A stretch of 64,000 nucleotides of DNA from an uncultured Solirubrobacterales bacterium (GCA_963757995.1 CAVWTS010000011.1:1243-65242), one strand, 5' to 3'; shown: positions 36,242 to 45,879, counted from the first letter of the stretch. Notes: generated by a model from the sequence alone, not told the origin. Numbers and translations are program-made.

Positions 36242-37516
36242 GGCACCTCGAGCACGCTCCGGCACCTGAGAACACGATCACTTAGGAGATCGAGCAGTCT
36301 GCCGGGCAACTCGCGTTTGAGCGCAACGACATTCCGCGCCTTGGCAGCATCGGCGAATGCGTCCAACACCACATCAGTCAACTCATACACACGCGTCATC
36401 AGCGCCTCACGGTTAAGGCCAAGGTCGCGGGCAACCGCCGGCCACCTGTTGTGCTGCGGATACACGCGATAGTCGCCCCCAAGCTTCATCGCAAAGCGAA
36501 GCTTTCGCTCATGGGTTCTGTAGGGCAGCGCCGAGGCGATGTCGTAGAGCGGCGCCAGACGGATTTGGTTGCCAGCCAATAGCAGCGAGTAGTTCTTGGC
36601 GTGGGCATCTGTGCCGGCGATCAACCAGTTCCAGATCAGCGCATCGGCGAACCGCCAGACGGCGTCCTCGGCTATGCCGGGGGCCATCACCTCGCGCAGC
36701 AGCTTGCCCACGCTCGCCACACCCGGCCCGCCTTCGTTCTGGTACTTGCGGATCGGCGGGACCCCAAGCGCTTGACAGAGATCCTCCTGGTGCACACGCC
36801 GCACCCTGTCCCCTGTGACACGGTCATAGCGCGCCACAACAACGGCTGTCTCATCCACGAAACGAGCGATATCGGTGCGCACAGCGATCAGGCCGGAGCG
36901 GCGCGCTGCGTCGAGGCACAAGTGCTCGTTGAGGTCGTGATCGTCAAGGCCAGCAACCGCTGGCTTGAGCATATGGGTGGTGGGCGTCGAACCCGACGGC
37001 ACGCCCCAGCGCCCGTCCTTGAAGAACAACGCCGTCTTCGCTTGAGCGCCGGCAAGACTGAACTGCCCGGTGAAGGATCGACCGAGCCAGTCGGTCGAGT
37101 CCTCACACAGCTCCCGCAGGCGCTCGGCCACCTGCTTGTCGCTGAGCCAAGTGATCTCTCCGGATAGACCCAAAGCTCGATCCAGTCCCGCCGGCGCCAC
37201 GAAGCGCACAGCGCCGGCGCAGTCCTCGCCAACCGGTGTCGACAGAAGCGAGAAGGGCGAAGACGCCGAGACATGGAAGTGCCTGGCCCAACGACGCAAC
37301 ACAGCCTCGTTGTCCGGGAGCAATCCCCATAGCCACGGCGTCACGACACGATCGCCGTGCGATGCCGACCTGGAGAGGCATCGACAGAGACAGTGCAGTG
37401 GCGTTTGCACGCGCGCGGTACTCCTGGTCGTAGTCGAAACTGAGCCTGCCACTGCGAGCGCGCGACAGCGTGCCGGCGACGGCATCCTCCAGGATCACGA
37501 GCAGCGTGTCCGTCAT
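36238..37516 (-). CDS. hipA: HipA-family toxin kinase (frameshift near 37360)
   Basis: N-terminal coupled domain in 37103..37516 (LSFDYD..LSLSMP). Kinase domain in 36238..37485: GLLPDN, FSLAGAQAK, HQEDLCQALG, DAHAKNYS, LAPLYD. Confidence 0.9.
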
Positions 37517-37818
37517 GCCCCGCGCTTGCGTCCAGCCGGGCGGTATTCCTCGAGCAGAGCGTCGAGATCGACTGACCCCCGCTCAGGAGGCCGACGATCG
37601 CTGTCGCGCTCGACCAACTCGAAACGCAAATCGAGCGCGTGGAGCAGGCGAATCACGAGGCCGAGCTCGGCCCTGGGCCTCCCGCCCTCAAACGCGCCGA
37701 TCCACTGCCGCGAGACGCCCATTCGCGCCGCCAGCTCTTCCTGGCTCAGGCCAAGATCCAGCCGACGCGCGCGAACGGCGGTTGCGAGGTCGCGTAGTGA
37801 ATCTATTTGCTTGCTCAT
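37513..37818 (-). CDS. hipB: HipB-like XRE HTH antitoxin
   Basis: VRARRLDLGLSQEELAARMGVSRQWIGAFEGG; overlaps the hipA start. Confidence 0.85.
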   Translation of the reverse strand: MSKQIDSLRDLATAVRARRLDLGLSQEELAARMGVSRQWIGAFEGGRPRAELGLVIRLLHALDLRFELVERDSDRRPPERGSVDLDALLEEYRPAGRKRGA

Positions 37819-37820
37819 GT

Positions 37821-37912
37821 TGTCGGCGCCGGAAGACATCTGTCAACGTACGCCGACAATTCTATCATGTCAGCGTACGATTACAAGCACTATCTGTCGG
37901 CGTACGCTGACA
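37821..37912. promoter_or_regulatory. Four 18-bp palindromic operators (consensus TGTC-N10-GACA, core CGTACG)
   Basis: Copies at 37821, 37841, 37868 and 37895, directly upstream of hipB. Confidence 0.8.
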
Positions 37913-37916
37913 CGAG

Positions 37917-38555
37917 TCAGTGACGTTTGCCGCGTTTGAGCATGATCCCCTCAATCACGTGGGCAACCGTCTCGCAAGAATCCACGGCAGCCTCGAGCGA
38001 CTCGAAGATGTCCTTCCAACGAATTACAAACATCGGATCGGCCGCGCCACCGGCGAATAGCGAGGCAACGCCGTCGCGCAACAGGCGATCGCCCTCGTTC
38101 TCCAGGCGATGGATCTCCACCAGATAGGGCCCCGGCTCGCCGCCGGCGCAGAGCTGCTGTAGAGCCTTGACGATCTGCTCGTCGGCGCCAACGAGTACGT
38201 CGGCCAGCTCGACGGCCTGCTCCATCGGCGCTTCCACCCCGTACAGCTGCAACAGCGCCGCCGTCTGCTCGGTGTGGTCGATCACGTCGTCGAGCGCCGT
38301 GGCCAGCGCATAGCCGTCGGCGGAGTCAAACGGCCGGCGCAAGCGCCGTCCGCCGCCGTTGAGCCTGTGGATGATGTCGTGGGTGATGCGGTCGCCCTCC
38401 TGCTCGAAGGACTTGACCTCCTCGGCCAAGCCGGAGCGCTCAGGCAGCTCGGCCAGCAGCTCGCGCAACAGCAGGCCGGAGCGCAAAATGTTGCTGGCGG
38501 CGTTTTCGACGAGCGTGACAAGCGTCGGATCGGCCGCGTGGCGCAGGATAGGCAT
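37917..38555 (-). CDS. DUF47 (PhoU-like) phosphate transport regulator
   Basis: FEQEGDRITHDII..LDDVID..IHRLENEGD..IRWKDIFESLEAAVDSCE. Confidence 0.9.
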   Translation of the reverse strand: MPILRHAADPTLVTLVENAASNILRSGLLLRELLAELPERSGLAEEVKSFEQEGDRITHDIIHRLNGGGRRLRRPFDSADGYALATALDDVIDHTEQTAALLQLYGVEAPMEQAVELADVLVGADEQIVKALQQLCAGGEPGPYLVEIHRLENEGDRLLRDGVASLFAGGAADPMFVIRWKDIFESLEAAVDSCETVAHVIEGIMLKRGKRH

Positions 38556-38594
38556 CCGACAAGGGTATGCATAGGACCGCGTCGGCGTCATCCT

Positions 38595-38627
38595 CTTCAC
38601 GAGTTCTTTACGAGTCGATCACGACTT
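38595..38627 (+). promoter_or_regulatory. Three-unit PHO-box-like array CTTCACGAGTT-CTTTACGAGTC-GATCACGACTT
   Basis: 11-bp period at 38595/38606/38617, between divergent DUF47 and winged-helix genes. Confidence 0.7.
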
Positions 38628-38662
38628 TGCAACTCCCGAAGGAGCCAACGGCGCCAACCTAG

Positions 38663-39052
38663 GTGCCGGTGGCCGTGCACCAGGACAGCTCCAGCACCCT
38701 GTATGCAGGCGAGCTTGAGATCAGGCTCGGCGAGGGTCTGGTGCTCGCCAACGGCCGTGCGTTGACATTGTCGGTGCGCGAGTTCGAGCTGCTCGGCGCC
38801 CTGGCCGGCCGGGCCGGCGCGATCGTCACGCGCGAGGATCTGTACGCGGCCGTGTGGGGTGGACAATTGCGTGCCGGCGACCGCTCTGTAGACGTCTACG
38901 TGAGCAAGCTGAGAGGCAAGCTGGAGCAGGCGATGCCCGACCGGCGCTTCATCCACACCCATCCGGGATTCGGCTATCGCTTCCAGCCGCAGCCGTGGGG
39001 ACATCCCGCTGAGCTTTCACGAGATGTTCACAACGGGGCACCCATCGATTGA
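38663..39052 (+). CDS. Stand-alone OmpR/PhoB winged-helix DNA-binding protein (no receiver domain)
   Basis: LSVREFELL..TREDL..VWG..RSVDVYVSKLRGKL..IHTHPGFGYRF. Confidence 0.85.
   Translation: MPVAVHQDSSSTLYAGELEIRLGEGLVLANGRALTLSVREFELLGALAGRAGAIVTREDLYAAVWGGQLRAGDRSVDVYVSKLRGKLEQAMPDRRFIHTHPGFGYRFQPQPWGHPAELSRDVHNGAPID
39015..39036 (+). promoter_or_regulatory. PHO-box-like repeat TTTCACGAGAT-GTTCACAACGG upstream of pstS (operon 2)
   Basis: Half-sites at 39015 and 39026. Confidence 0.7.
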
Positions 39053-39131
39053 AGAGACTGAGCTTGAACTGAGCCGGCGCAGGGGCCTGTTCGCCTGCTC
39101 GCCGTCCAAAAATCCAGTCATAGGAGACGTT

Positions 39132-40223
39132 GTGAACAAGAACAAGATCGGCGTGCTAGCAAGTTGCGCGCTGCTCGCAGTCACCCTCGCCGCGTGCGGG
39201 AAATCGAGCTCGAGCTCGACCGGCACCTCGGCGAGCTCCTCGTCCGCGACCATCTCCGGTGCCGGCTCGACGTTTGCCGCCCCGGTCTATCAGCAGTGGG
39301 GCTCGGGCATCTCAGGTCTGACCGTCAACTACAACCCAGTCGGCTCGGGTGCCGGCATCACGGCCCTTGAAGGCAAGACCGTGGACTTCGGCGCAAGCGA
39401 CCCGCCGCTGAAGCCGGCCGAATTCGCGACGCTTGAAAAGGTCGGTCCCGTCCAGCAGATCCCGATGTTCCTGGGCGCGATCACCGTCTCCTACAACCTG
39501 CCGGGCGTCAAGAGCGGTCTCAAGCTCGACGGCCCGACGATCGCCGAGATCTTCCTCGGCAAGATCAAAACCTGGAACGACCCGGCGATCGCCGGCCTGA
39601 ACCCGGGCGTGTCGCTGCCGAGCACCCCGATCACGGTGATCCATCGCTCCGACTCCTCCGGCACGACCTCCGGCTTCACCGGCTTCCTGGCCTCGGTGAG
39701 CCCGGAATGGAAGAGCAAGGTCGGCGAAGGCAAGACCGTGCCGTGGCCCACGGGCACCGGCGCCAAGGGCAACGCCGGCGTCGCCGGCGCCGTGCAGCAG
39801 ACGACCGGCTCCGTCGGCTATGTCGAGCAGTCCTACGCGCTGGAGCACAAATTCACCTACGCCAGCGTCAAGAACAAGGCAGGCAACTACGTCGAACCGA
39901 CGCTCGCCTCGACCAGTGCGGCGGCCGAAGGGGTCGAAGTGCCGGCCAACCTCGGCATCAAGATCAAAAACCCGGCCGCGCCGACGGCCTACCCGATCAC
40001 CTCGCAGACGTTCGTGGTGGTCTACAAGGACATGTGCAAGGCCGGCGTGCCCGGTGGCGAAGCGGCCGCCAAGGGCGTCGTGAAGTTCCTGGAATACGGT
40101 CTCGGCTCCGGCCAGAGCATCCTCAGCCAGGCCGACTACGCGGCCCTGCCGACGGCGATCCTGACCAAGTCCAAGGAAGCGGTCACCGCCCTGCAGTGCA
40201 ACGGAGCCCCGATCGCGGGCTGA
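39132..40223 (+). CDS. pstS: Phosphate-binding lipoprotein PstS (classical type)
   Basis: Lipobox LAAC; GAGSTF, GSGAG, DFGASD, RSDSSGTT, YPI. Confidence 0.95.
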   Translation: MNKNKIGVLASCALLAVTLAACGKSSSSSTGTSASSSSATISGAGSTFAAPVYQQWGSGISGLTVNYNPVGSGAGITALEGKTVDFGASDPPLKPAEFATLEKVGPVQQIPMFLGAITVSYNLPGVKSGLKLDGPTIAEIFLGKIKTWNDPAIAGLNPGVSLPSTPITVIHRSDSSGTTSGFTGFLASVSPEWKSKVGEGKTVPWPTGTGAKGNAGVAGAVQQTTGSVGYVEQSYALEHKFTYASVKNKAGNYVEPTLASTSAAAEGVEVPANLGIKIKNPAAPTAYPITSQTFVVVYKDMCKAGVPGGEAAAKGVVKFLEYGLGSGQSILSQADYAALPTAILTKSKEAVTALQCNGAPIAG

Positions 40224-40336
40224 GATGACTCACGGCCACCGGCCAAATAGAGTCCCGCCCATCGTGGATGTGACGGCGACGATCAAGTCAAGCCACGCCA
40301 AGCGCGTGACTCGACGGCCGGCGGCTGGATAGTCAT

Positions 40337-41362
40337 ATGGAGGCGGCATCCGTAGCCAACGGCGAGCACTCGATTCTCGAGCGCTCGCCGTTGGCACGCC
40401 TTCCGGATCGAGCGTTGCGTTGGGGCCTGACAGCCCTAGCGGCGTCAATCCTCGCGCTGATCGTCTACTTCTTCGTCAAGCTCGTCGGTGAAGCGGGCCC
40501 GGCGTTCTCGAAGTTCGGGGTGCTCGGCTTCACCTTCGGCAACAACTGGGACGTCAGCACCAACCACTTCGGCGCGCTCGCGCTGCTGGTCGGGACCCTG
40601 ATCACCTCAGGTATCGCGCTGCTGATCGGCGTGCCGGTGGCGGTCGCGACCGCGCTGTACGTGACCGAGCTGTGCCCGCTGCGCATCCGCGGCCCCGTGA
40701 CGATCCTGATCGAGCTGCTGGCCGCCGTGCCTTCGGTGGTCTATGGCCTGTGGGGCATCTTCTTTCTCGCCCCCAAGCTACTGCCGGCAGAGCAATGGGT
40801 CGCCGACCGTTTGTCCTTCGTCCCGTTCGTCGGCGGCGGCCTGGCGACGATCCCCAACTACTTCGTCACCGGACTGGTGCTGGCGATCATGATCCTGCCG
40901 ATCGTCTCCTCGCTCTCGCGCGAGGTGATGAGCACCGTCCCGGCCGACCACAAGGAGGCGGCGCTCGGTCTCGGGGCCACCCGCTGGGAGATGATCCGCA
41001 CAGCTGTGCTGCCCTACTGCCGCAGCGGCATCTCCGGCGCGGCTATGCTCGGCCTCGGCCGCGCGATCGGCGAGACGATCGCCGTGACGATCCTCGTCGG
41101 CAACGATCCCAAGCTCGGAGGCCACCTGTTCGGTCAGGGCTACAGCCTCGCCGCGGCGATCGCCAACGAGTTCGGCGAAGCCCAGGAACTGCACCGCTCG
41201 GCGCTGTTCGCCGCCGGCCTCGTGCTGTTCGTCTTGACGCTGCTAGTCAACGCGATCGCGCGCCTGCTGGTATTGCGCGCGTCGCGCTCGACCAGGCCGA
41301 AGCGCACGGCGGCCGATTTCGTCCAGTCCGGCCCAGCCGTTGGAGCGGGAGCAGGCGTATGA
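40337..41362 (+). CDS. pstC: PstC permease
   Basis: ELLAAVPSVVYGLWG, EAALGLGATRWE, GRAIGETIAV. Confidence 0.95.
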   Translation: MEAASVANGEHSILERSPLARLPDRALRWGLTALAASILALIVYFFVKLVGEAGPAFSKFGVLGFTFGNNWDVSTNHFGALALLVGTLITSGIALLIGVPVAVATALYVTELCPLRIRGPVTILIELLAAVPSVVYGLWGIFFLAPKLLPAEQWVADRLSFVPFVGGGLATIPNYFVTGLVLAIMILPIVSSLSREVMSTVPADHKEAALGLGATRWEMIRTAVLPYCRSGISGAAMLGLGRAIGETIAVTILVGNDPKLGGHLFGQGYSLAAAIANEFGEAQELHRSALFAAGLVLFVLTLLVNAIARLLVLRASRSTRPKRTAADFVQSGPAVGAGAGV

Positions 41363-41468
41363 GAGCGACGTATAGAAGTCAGATTCTCATGCGCATACTG
41401 CTGCCCCGACGCTGGCATGCCTGCCATTCGCGTGCCCGTCAGGCGTGCTCCCAGCGCGAGACCGCCCA

Positions 41469-42356
41469 ATGAGCACTCCCCCGCCAACCTTCGAGCGCTT
41501 CTCGCTGAGCCCGAGCCGGCGGCGCAAAGACCGCATCGCACGCGGCGCCGTGGTGGCCGCCACCGTCGTCGCGCTCGTGCCGCTCGTCCTGATCGTGTAC
41601 TACCTGCTCAGCAAGGGGCTTGGCTCCTGGAGCATCAAATTCTTCACGACCGACCCGACCGGCAACACCTTCTTCGCGGCATCCTCGATCGGCGGCATCA
41701 AGAGCGCGATCCTCGGCACGATCGAGATGGTGGCGCTCGCTTCGGCGATCGCCGTGCCGCTCGGCCTCGGCGTGGCCGTATGGCTGGTCGAGTACGGCAA
41801 GTCCAGTCGCTTTGCGCACACGGTGCGCTTCTTCATCGACGTGCTCACAGGCGTGCCTTCGATCATGTTCGGGCTGTTCATCTACATCGCGCTGATCGTG
41901 GGCACCGGCACTTCCTACGCCGCCTACAAGGGTGCTTTCGCGCTTTCGCTGCTGATGCTGCCGGTGGTCACGCGCGCGGCCGAGGTCGTGCTGCTGCTCG
42001 TGCCGGGCTCGCTACGCGAGTCGGCGCTTGCGCTCGGCGCGCCGCGTTGGAAGGTGATCTTCAGGATCGTGCTGCCGACCGCGCTGCCAGGCTTGCTGAC
42101 CGGCATTCTGCTGGCGATCGCGCGCGCCGCCGGCGAGACCGCGCCGCTGCTATTCACCGCCGGGGCGACGATGAAGACCGGGTTCAACCTCAACGGTTTC
42201 ATGAACTCGCTACCGATGCAGATATACACGGATGTCACATCTCCGACCACAGCAGTGGTAAACCGTGCTTGGGGAGCGGCCTTGACGCTCGTCGTCATGA
42301 TCCTCCTGCTCAACCTCTTTGCGCGGCTACTGGCGCGTAGGAGCAGCCTTCGATGA
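41469..42356 (+). CDS. pstA: PstA permease
   Basis: [30 protein letters not shown]. Confidence 0.95.
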   Translation: MSTPPPTFERFSLSPSRRRKDRIARGAVVAATVVALVPLVLIVYYLLSKGLGSWSIKFFTTDPTGNTFFAASSIGGIKSAILGTIEMVALASAIAVPLGLGVAVWLVEYGKSSRFAHTVRFFIDVLTGVPSIMFGLFIYIALIVGTGTSYAAYKGAFALSLLMLPVVTRAAEVVLLLVPGSLRESALALGAPRWKVIFRIVLPTALPGLLTGILLAIARAAGETAPLLFTAGATMKTGFNLNGFMNSLPMQIYTDVTSPTTAVVNRAWGAALTLVVMILLLNLFARLLARRSSLR

Positions 42357-42436
42357 GTGCTGATGAGCCAACCATGAGCGTAGAGAAGCCCACGATCAGT
42401 CCGGGGGAGCCCACGATGAGCGCAGATGAGTCAAGT
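42353..42436 (+). repeat. Four degenerate 21-bp units at the pstA/pstB junction
   Basis: Encodes [28 protein letters not shown]. Confidence 0.75.
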
Positions 42437-42463
42437 CCCCCGTCTCCAACACGGAGGACTACG

Positions 42464-43330
42464 ATGAGCCTCGAGGACCAGCACGCACAGATGCTCGACC
42501 CCAGCCGAAGCCAATCTCCCAAGAGCCCGCAGAGCGCTCCGTCCGTCGCTGCACAGTCGCGCGCGAGCCTCGGCGACGGGCTTGCCGTAAAGCTCGAGCA
42601 GCTACGCGCCTTCTACGGCGATGTCGCGCAGGTCAAGGGCATCGACCTCGACTTCCACGCCAATGAGGTCACCGCGATCATTGGCCCCTCAGGCTGTGGC
42701 AAGTCGACGATGGTGCGCTGCATCAACCGCATGCACGAGGAGGTGCCGGGCGCACGCGCCGAGGGCAAGGTACTTCTCGACGGCTTTGACATCTATGACT
42801 CGAGCGTCGACGTCGTGGCCGTGCGGCGTGCGATCGGCATGGTCTTTCAGAAGCCCAACCCGTTCCCCACGATGTCGGTTTTCGACAACGTCGCGGCCGG
42901 GCTGCGACTGGCTTCGCGCGGGCGTGGGGACCTGCACAACAAGGTCGAGACCGCTTTGCGCGGCGCGGGCCTGTGGGAGGAGGTAAAGGACCGCCTCTCA
43001 GAGGCGGGCGCCGGTCTCTCCGGTGGCCAGCAGCAACGTCTGTGCATCGCGCGCTCGCTGGCGGTGGAACCGGAGGTGATCCTGATGGACGAGCCTTGCT
43101 CGGCGCTCGACCCAATCGCCACGCTGAAGATTGAGGAGCTGATCGACCAGCTCAAGAGCAAGGTCACGATCGTGATCGTGACCCACAACATGCAGCAGGC
43201 CGCGCGCGTTGCCGACCGCACCGCGTTCATGCTCAGCGGCGAGCTAGTCGAGGTCGGCCCGACGCGGCAGATCTTCACGAACCCGAATGATTCGAGGACC
43301 GAGGAATATGTCACCGGAAAGTTTGGTTAG
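42464..43330 (+). CDS. pstB: PstB ATPase (alternative in-frame start at 42353)
   Basis: [41 protein letters not shown]; GGAGG before ATG 42464. Confidence 0.95.
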   Translation: MSLEDQHAQMLDPSRSQSPKSPQSAPSVAAQSRASLGDGLAVKLEQLRAFYGDVAQVKGIDLDFHANEVTAIIGPSGCGKSTMVRCINRMHEEVPGARAEGKVLLDGFDIYDSSVDVVAVRRAIGMVFQKPNPFPTMSVFDNVAAGLRLASRGRGDLHNKVETALRGAGLWEEVKDRLSEAGAGLSGGQQQRLCIARSLAVEPEVILMDEPCSALDPIATLKIEELIDQLKSKVTIVIVTHNMQQAARVADRTAFMLSGELVEVGPTRQIFTNPNDSRTEEYVTGKFG

Positions 43331-43411
43331 AGGATTTCGTGTGATCCAGACTCTTCACAGCCGCCCGGCGGAGTGCAAGCGGCGCCGCCCGAGCCACACG
43401 ACGGATCGACC

Positions 43412-44140
43412 ATGAGCGCTGAGGTAAACGCCGGACAAACCGTGCGGCTGAGCGCCCAGCAGGGGCGCCAGCACTTCCAGCAGCAGTTGCAGGAGCTAGA
43501 GAATCGTGCCCTAGGCGGACTCGACGTCGTGACCGAGCAGCTCGACCGCACGCTCGAGGCGCTAGCCCACCAAGACGTAGAGCTGGCCCAGATGGTGATC
43601 GCCGACGACGACCGTGTCGACGGGCGCTACCTGGAGGTCCACCAGGGCATCCTCTCGCTGCTTGCCACACAGGCGCCAGTTGCCGGCGACCTGCGCCTGG
43701 TCGCGGCGCTCTTGCACGTGATCGTGCATGTCGAGCGGATGGGCGACCAGTGCGTGAACATCGCCAAGCTGATCCCCCTGTCGGGTTATGAGCCACCGGT
43801 GCGCCCGGAGGTGCTCGAGCTGATCTTGAAGATGGGCGCGTACGCCCGCTCTGAGATCGTGCAGTGCAAGGCATCCTTCTCCGGTCGCGACGTCGGTCTC
43901 GCCGAAGACCTCGCCCGCCAGGATCGCGAGATCAACCGCCTCAACCGCGAGATCTTCCGCCACGCACTTGAGATCGGTGACGACGCTGACACGCGCGAGT
44001 GGGCGATGCACATGATCCTCGTGGCACGGGCGCTCGAGCGCATCGGCGACAACGCGGTGGATGTGGGCGAGCAGGTCGCTTTCGTGGTTACCGGACTGTT
44101 CCGCGAGTTCTCCGACCAGACCAACCCGCTCGGCAACTGA
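43412..44140 (+). CDS. phoU: Phosphate signalling protein PhoU
   Basis: QAPVAGDLR..ERMGDQCVNIA..LERIGDNAVD. Confidence 0.93.
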   Translation: MSAEVNAGQTVRLSAQQGRQHFQQQLQELENRALGGLDVVTEQLDRTLEALAHQDVELAQMVIADDDRVDGRYLEVHQGILSLLATQAPVAGDLRLVAALLHVIVHVERMGDQCVNIAKLIPLSGYEPPVRPEVLELILKMGAYARSEIVQCKASFSGRDVGLAEDLARQDREINRLNREIFRHALEIGDDADTREWAMHMILVARALERIGDNAVDVGEQVAFVVTGLFREFSDQTNPLGN

Positions 44141-44199
44141 GAACGTTTTTTCAAAACGACCGGTGAACTGGGGCGTTTGTGGTCATGCAAGTTGGGTGT

Positions 44200-44336
44200 G
44201 GGCTCATCTTTTTGAACGATCTGCACAACACCCCCCTTTTGCGAAGGCTCGGATAAAGGTTGGGTACCAATAAATCCCCCCTCCCACAAAGGGGGTATCG
44301 ATACGTGCAGATCGTTTTGAAAGACCTTCTGAGCCC
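44200..44336. repeat. Long imperfect inverted repeat (~137 nt hairpin)
   Basis: GGGCTCA/TGAGCCC, AACGATCTGCAC/GTGCAGATCGTT and ACCCCC-TTT/AAAGGGGGT nested pairings. Confidence 0.75.
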
Positions 44337-44351
44337 GTCCCCCGTCGCAAA

Positions 44352-44384
44352 CAGCGGTAACACGCCTGTGAAGATCCTGTGACT
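44352..44384 (-). promoter_or_regulatory. Three-unit PHO-box-like array upstream of the response regulator (reverse orientation)
   Basis: GTAACA/GTGAAG/GTGACT at 44357/44368/44379; just upstream of TTGCCA (44399) and TATACACT (44422), close to ATG 44438. Confidence 0.6.
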
Positions 44385-44437
44385 ATCGTCTGCGCCTCTT
44401 GCCATTCGCGCGCAAAGCGCCTATACACTGCGCCTAG

Positions 44438-45424
44438 ATGACCACGGGCATCCTCTCCACGGATGAAGGGGTCGCTTCGAGCGCAGGGGGCACGTCCTCG
44501 TTGCGCATCGCGGTGCTCGACCGCGATAGCGGCTTCATTCAGGTTCTCGGCAAGCGCATGGACCGTCTCGGCTGGGAGCATCGCGTGCTTGCCAGCCCCG
44601 TGCCGACCGACGCCATCGCCTCGATGCGCCTCAGCGCGCTGGTCGTCGATCTTGCCGTGCTCGGACCGCCCGCCTGGGAATGGCTGGAGCGCCTTTGCGG
44701 CACACTGCCCGAGCTCGGGATCGTCGTCTGCACTGGACCATCGACCGTCGCCCAGCGGGTTCGCGGGCTCCGCCTTGGAGCTGACGACTGGATCACTAAG
44801 CCTTGCCATCCCGAGGAGGTGATCGCCCGCGTCCAGGGCCTGGTCAGGCGCCGTCGTCGCGCCACCGCGCGGACCGAGTCAAAGCCTGTGTCCGCCGGCG
44901 AGGTGCAGATCCGCTCCGACCGCTTCCAGGCGTTCGTTGCCGGGCGCAGCCTTGAGCTGACGCGACGCGAGTTCGAGCTGATCGAGCTGCTTGCCGGCGG
45001 CGAAGGCCGCGTGCTCGAGCGCGAGGAGATCTACTCGCGCCTGTGGGGCTATGCGATGGTGCGTGGTGACCGCTCGGTCGACGTGTTCGTGCGCAAGCTG
45101 CGCCAGAAGCTCGAGAAGGCATCACCGCAGTGGCGCTACATCCACACTCACTTCGGGATCGGCTATCGCTTCGCCGCCGAACGCCACGACATGCAACAAG
45201 AAGAGGACGCGGAACCTGCTGAGCAGGCAGAAGCGAGCATCGACGAGCAGCTCACACGCATTGACACCCGCGAGGGCGTCGCCCCGAGCAGCTCGGTCGC
45301 TGACGGAGAGCCGCACAGCCCGCGCGAGGCCGACGGCCTAGATGCCGGCGGAGGCGATCTCGGCGATCAAGGCAAGCTCGGCGGGGCGCATCAGGAGTAC
45401 GAGCTCAGCACCACCGGCGCCTAG
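44438..45424 (+). CDS. OmpR-family response regulator, probable Pho regulator, with acidic C-terminal tail
   Basis: Receiver (VVDL, CTG, GADDWITKP) plus winged helix (GDRSVDVFVRKLR, GIGYRF). Confidence 0.9.
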   Translation: MTTGILSTDEGVASSAGGTSSLRIAVLDRDSGFIQVLGKRMDRLGWEHRVLASPVPTDAIASMRLSALVVDLAVLGPPAWEWLERLCGTLPELGIVVCTGPSTVAQRVRGLRLGADDWITKPCHPEEVIARVQGLVRRRRRATARTESKPVSAGEVQIRSDRFQAFVAGRSLELTRREFELIELLAGGEGRVLEREEIYSRLWGYAMVRGDRSVDVFVRKLRQKLEKASPQWRYIHTHFGIGYRFAAERHDMQQEEDAEPAEQAEASIDEQLTRIDTREGVAPSSSVADGEPHSPREADGLDAGGGDLGDQGKLGGAHQEYELSTTGA

Positions 45425-45838
45425 CCGTACGACGGCGAGGCCACCCTTCTTCAGGTCGACGCGACCGCCGGTGAGTTCGCTGACGATTCCCGAGAGATCG
45501 GGCTCATGAGCGACGAGCAGCACCGGACCATCCGCGCCGACGCCGGCCACCAGCTCGAGCGCTTCGCGTGCGCGGATGCCGCCGGCCAGCAGCGGGTGCA
45601 GCTCAAGCAGCGCGCGCTCGCGCTCGCCCATCTGCTCCAGCGCCAGCTCTGCAGTTTCACGTGCACGCGCCTTCGGGCTCGCGAGGATCGCGGCGAACTC
45701 CACTTCAGCTGCCGTCAGCGCGACGCCAGCGCTGTAGGACTGGCCCTTGCCGCGATCGGTCAACTGCCGCTCTGCGTCGGGGCGCGTACCGTGGGGCTCT
45801 GCGTCGGCGTGACGGAGCAACCAAAGCTGGCGGGCCAT
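45338..45838 (-). CDS. sixA: SixA-family phosphohistidine phosphatase
   Basis: LLRHADA..ASP..RARETA..VAHEP..LKKGG. Confidence 0.88.
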   Translation of the reverse strand: MARQLWLLRHADAEPHGTRPDAERQLTDRGKGQSYSAGVALTAAEVEFAAILASPKARARETAELALEQMGERERALLELHPLLAGGIRAREALELVAGVGADGPVLLVAHEPDLSGIVSELTGGRVDLKKGGLAVVRLGAGGAELVLLMRPAELALIAEIASAGI

Positions 45839-45879
45839 AGCCATAAGGTTCTGCGAGCATAGAAGAGTTGAGCCAAGAG

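Noticed and set aside
36238-37912. hipBA as part of an IS or integrative element
   Set aside because: No transposase, integrase or flanking direct repeats found
45338-45424. 87-bp convergent overlap of the regulator and sixA as a regulatory device
   Set aside because: The regulator tail is low-complexity; the overlap could come from stop-codon drift or an indel
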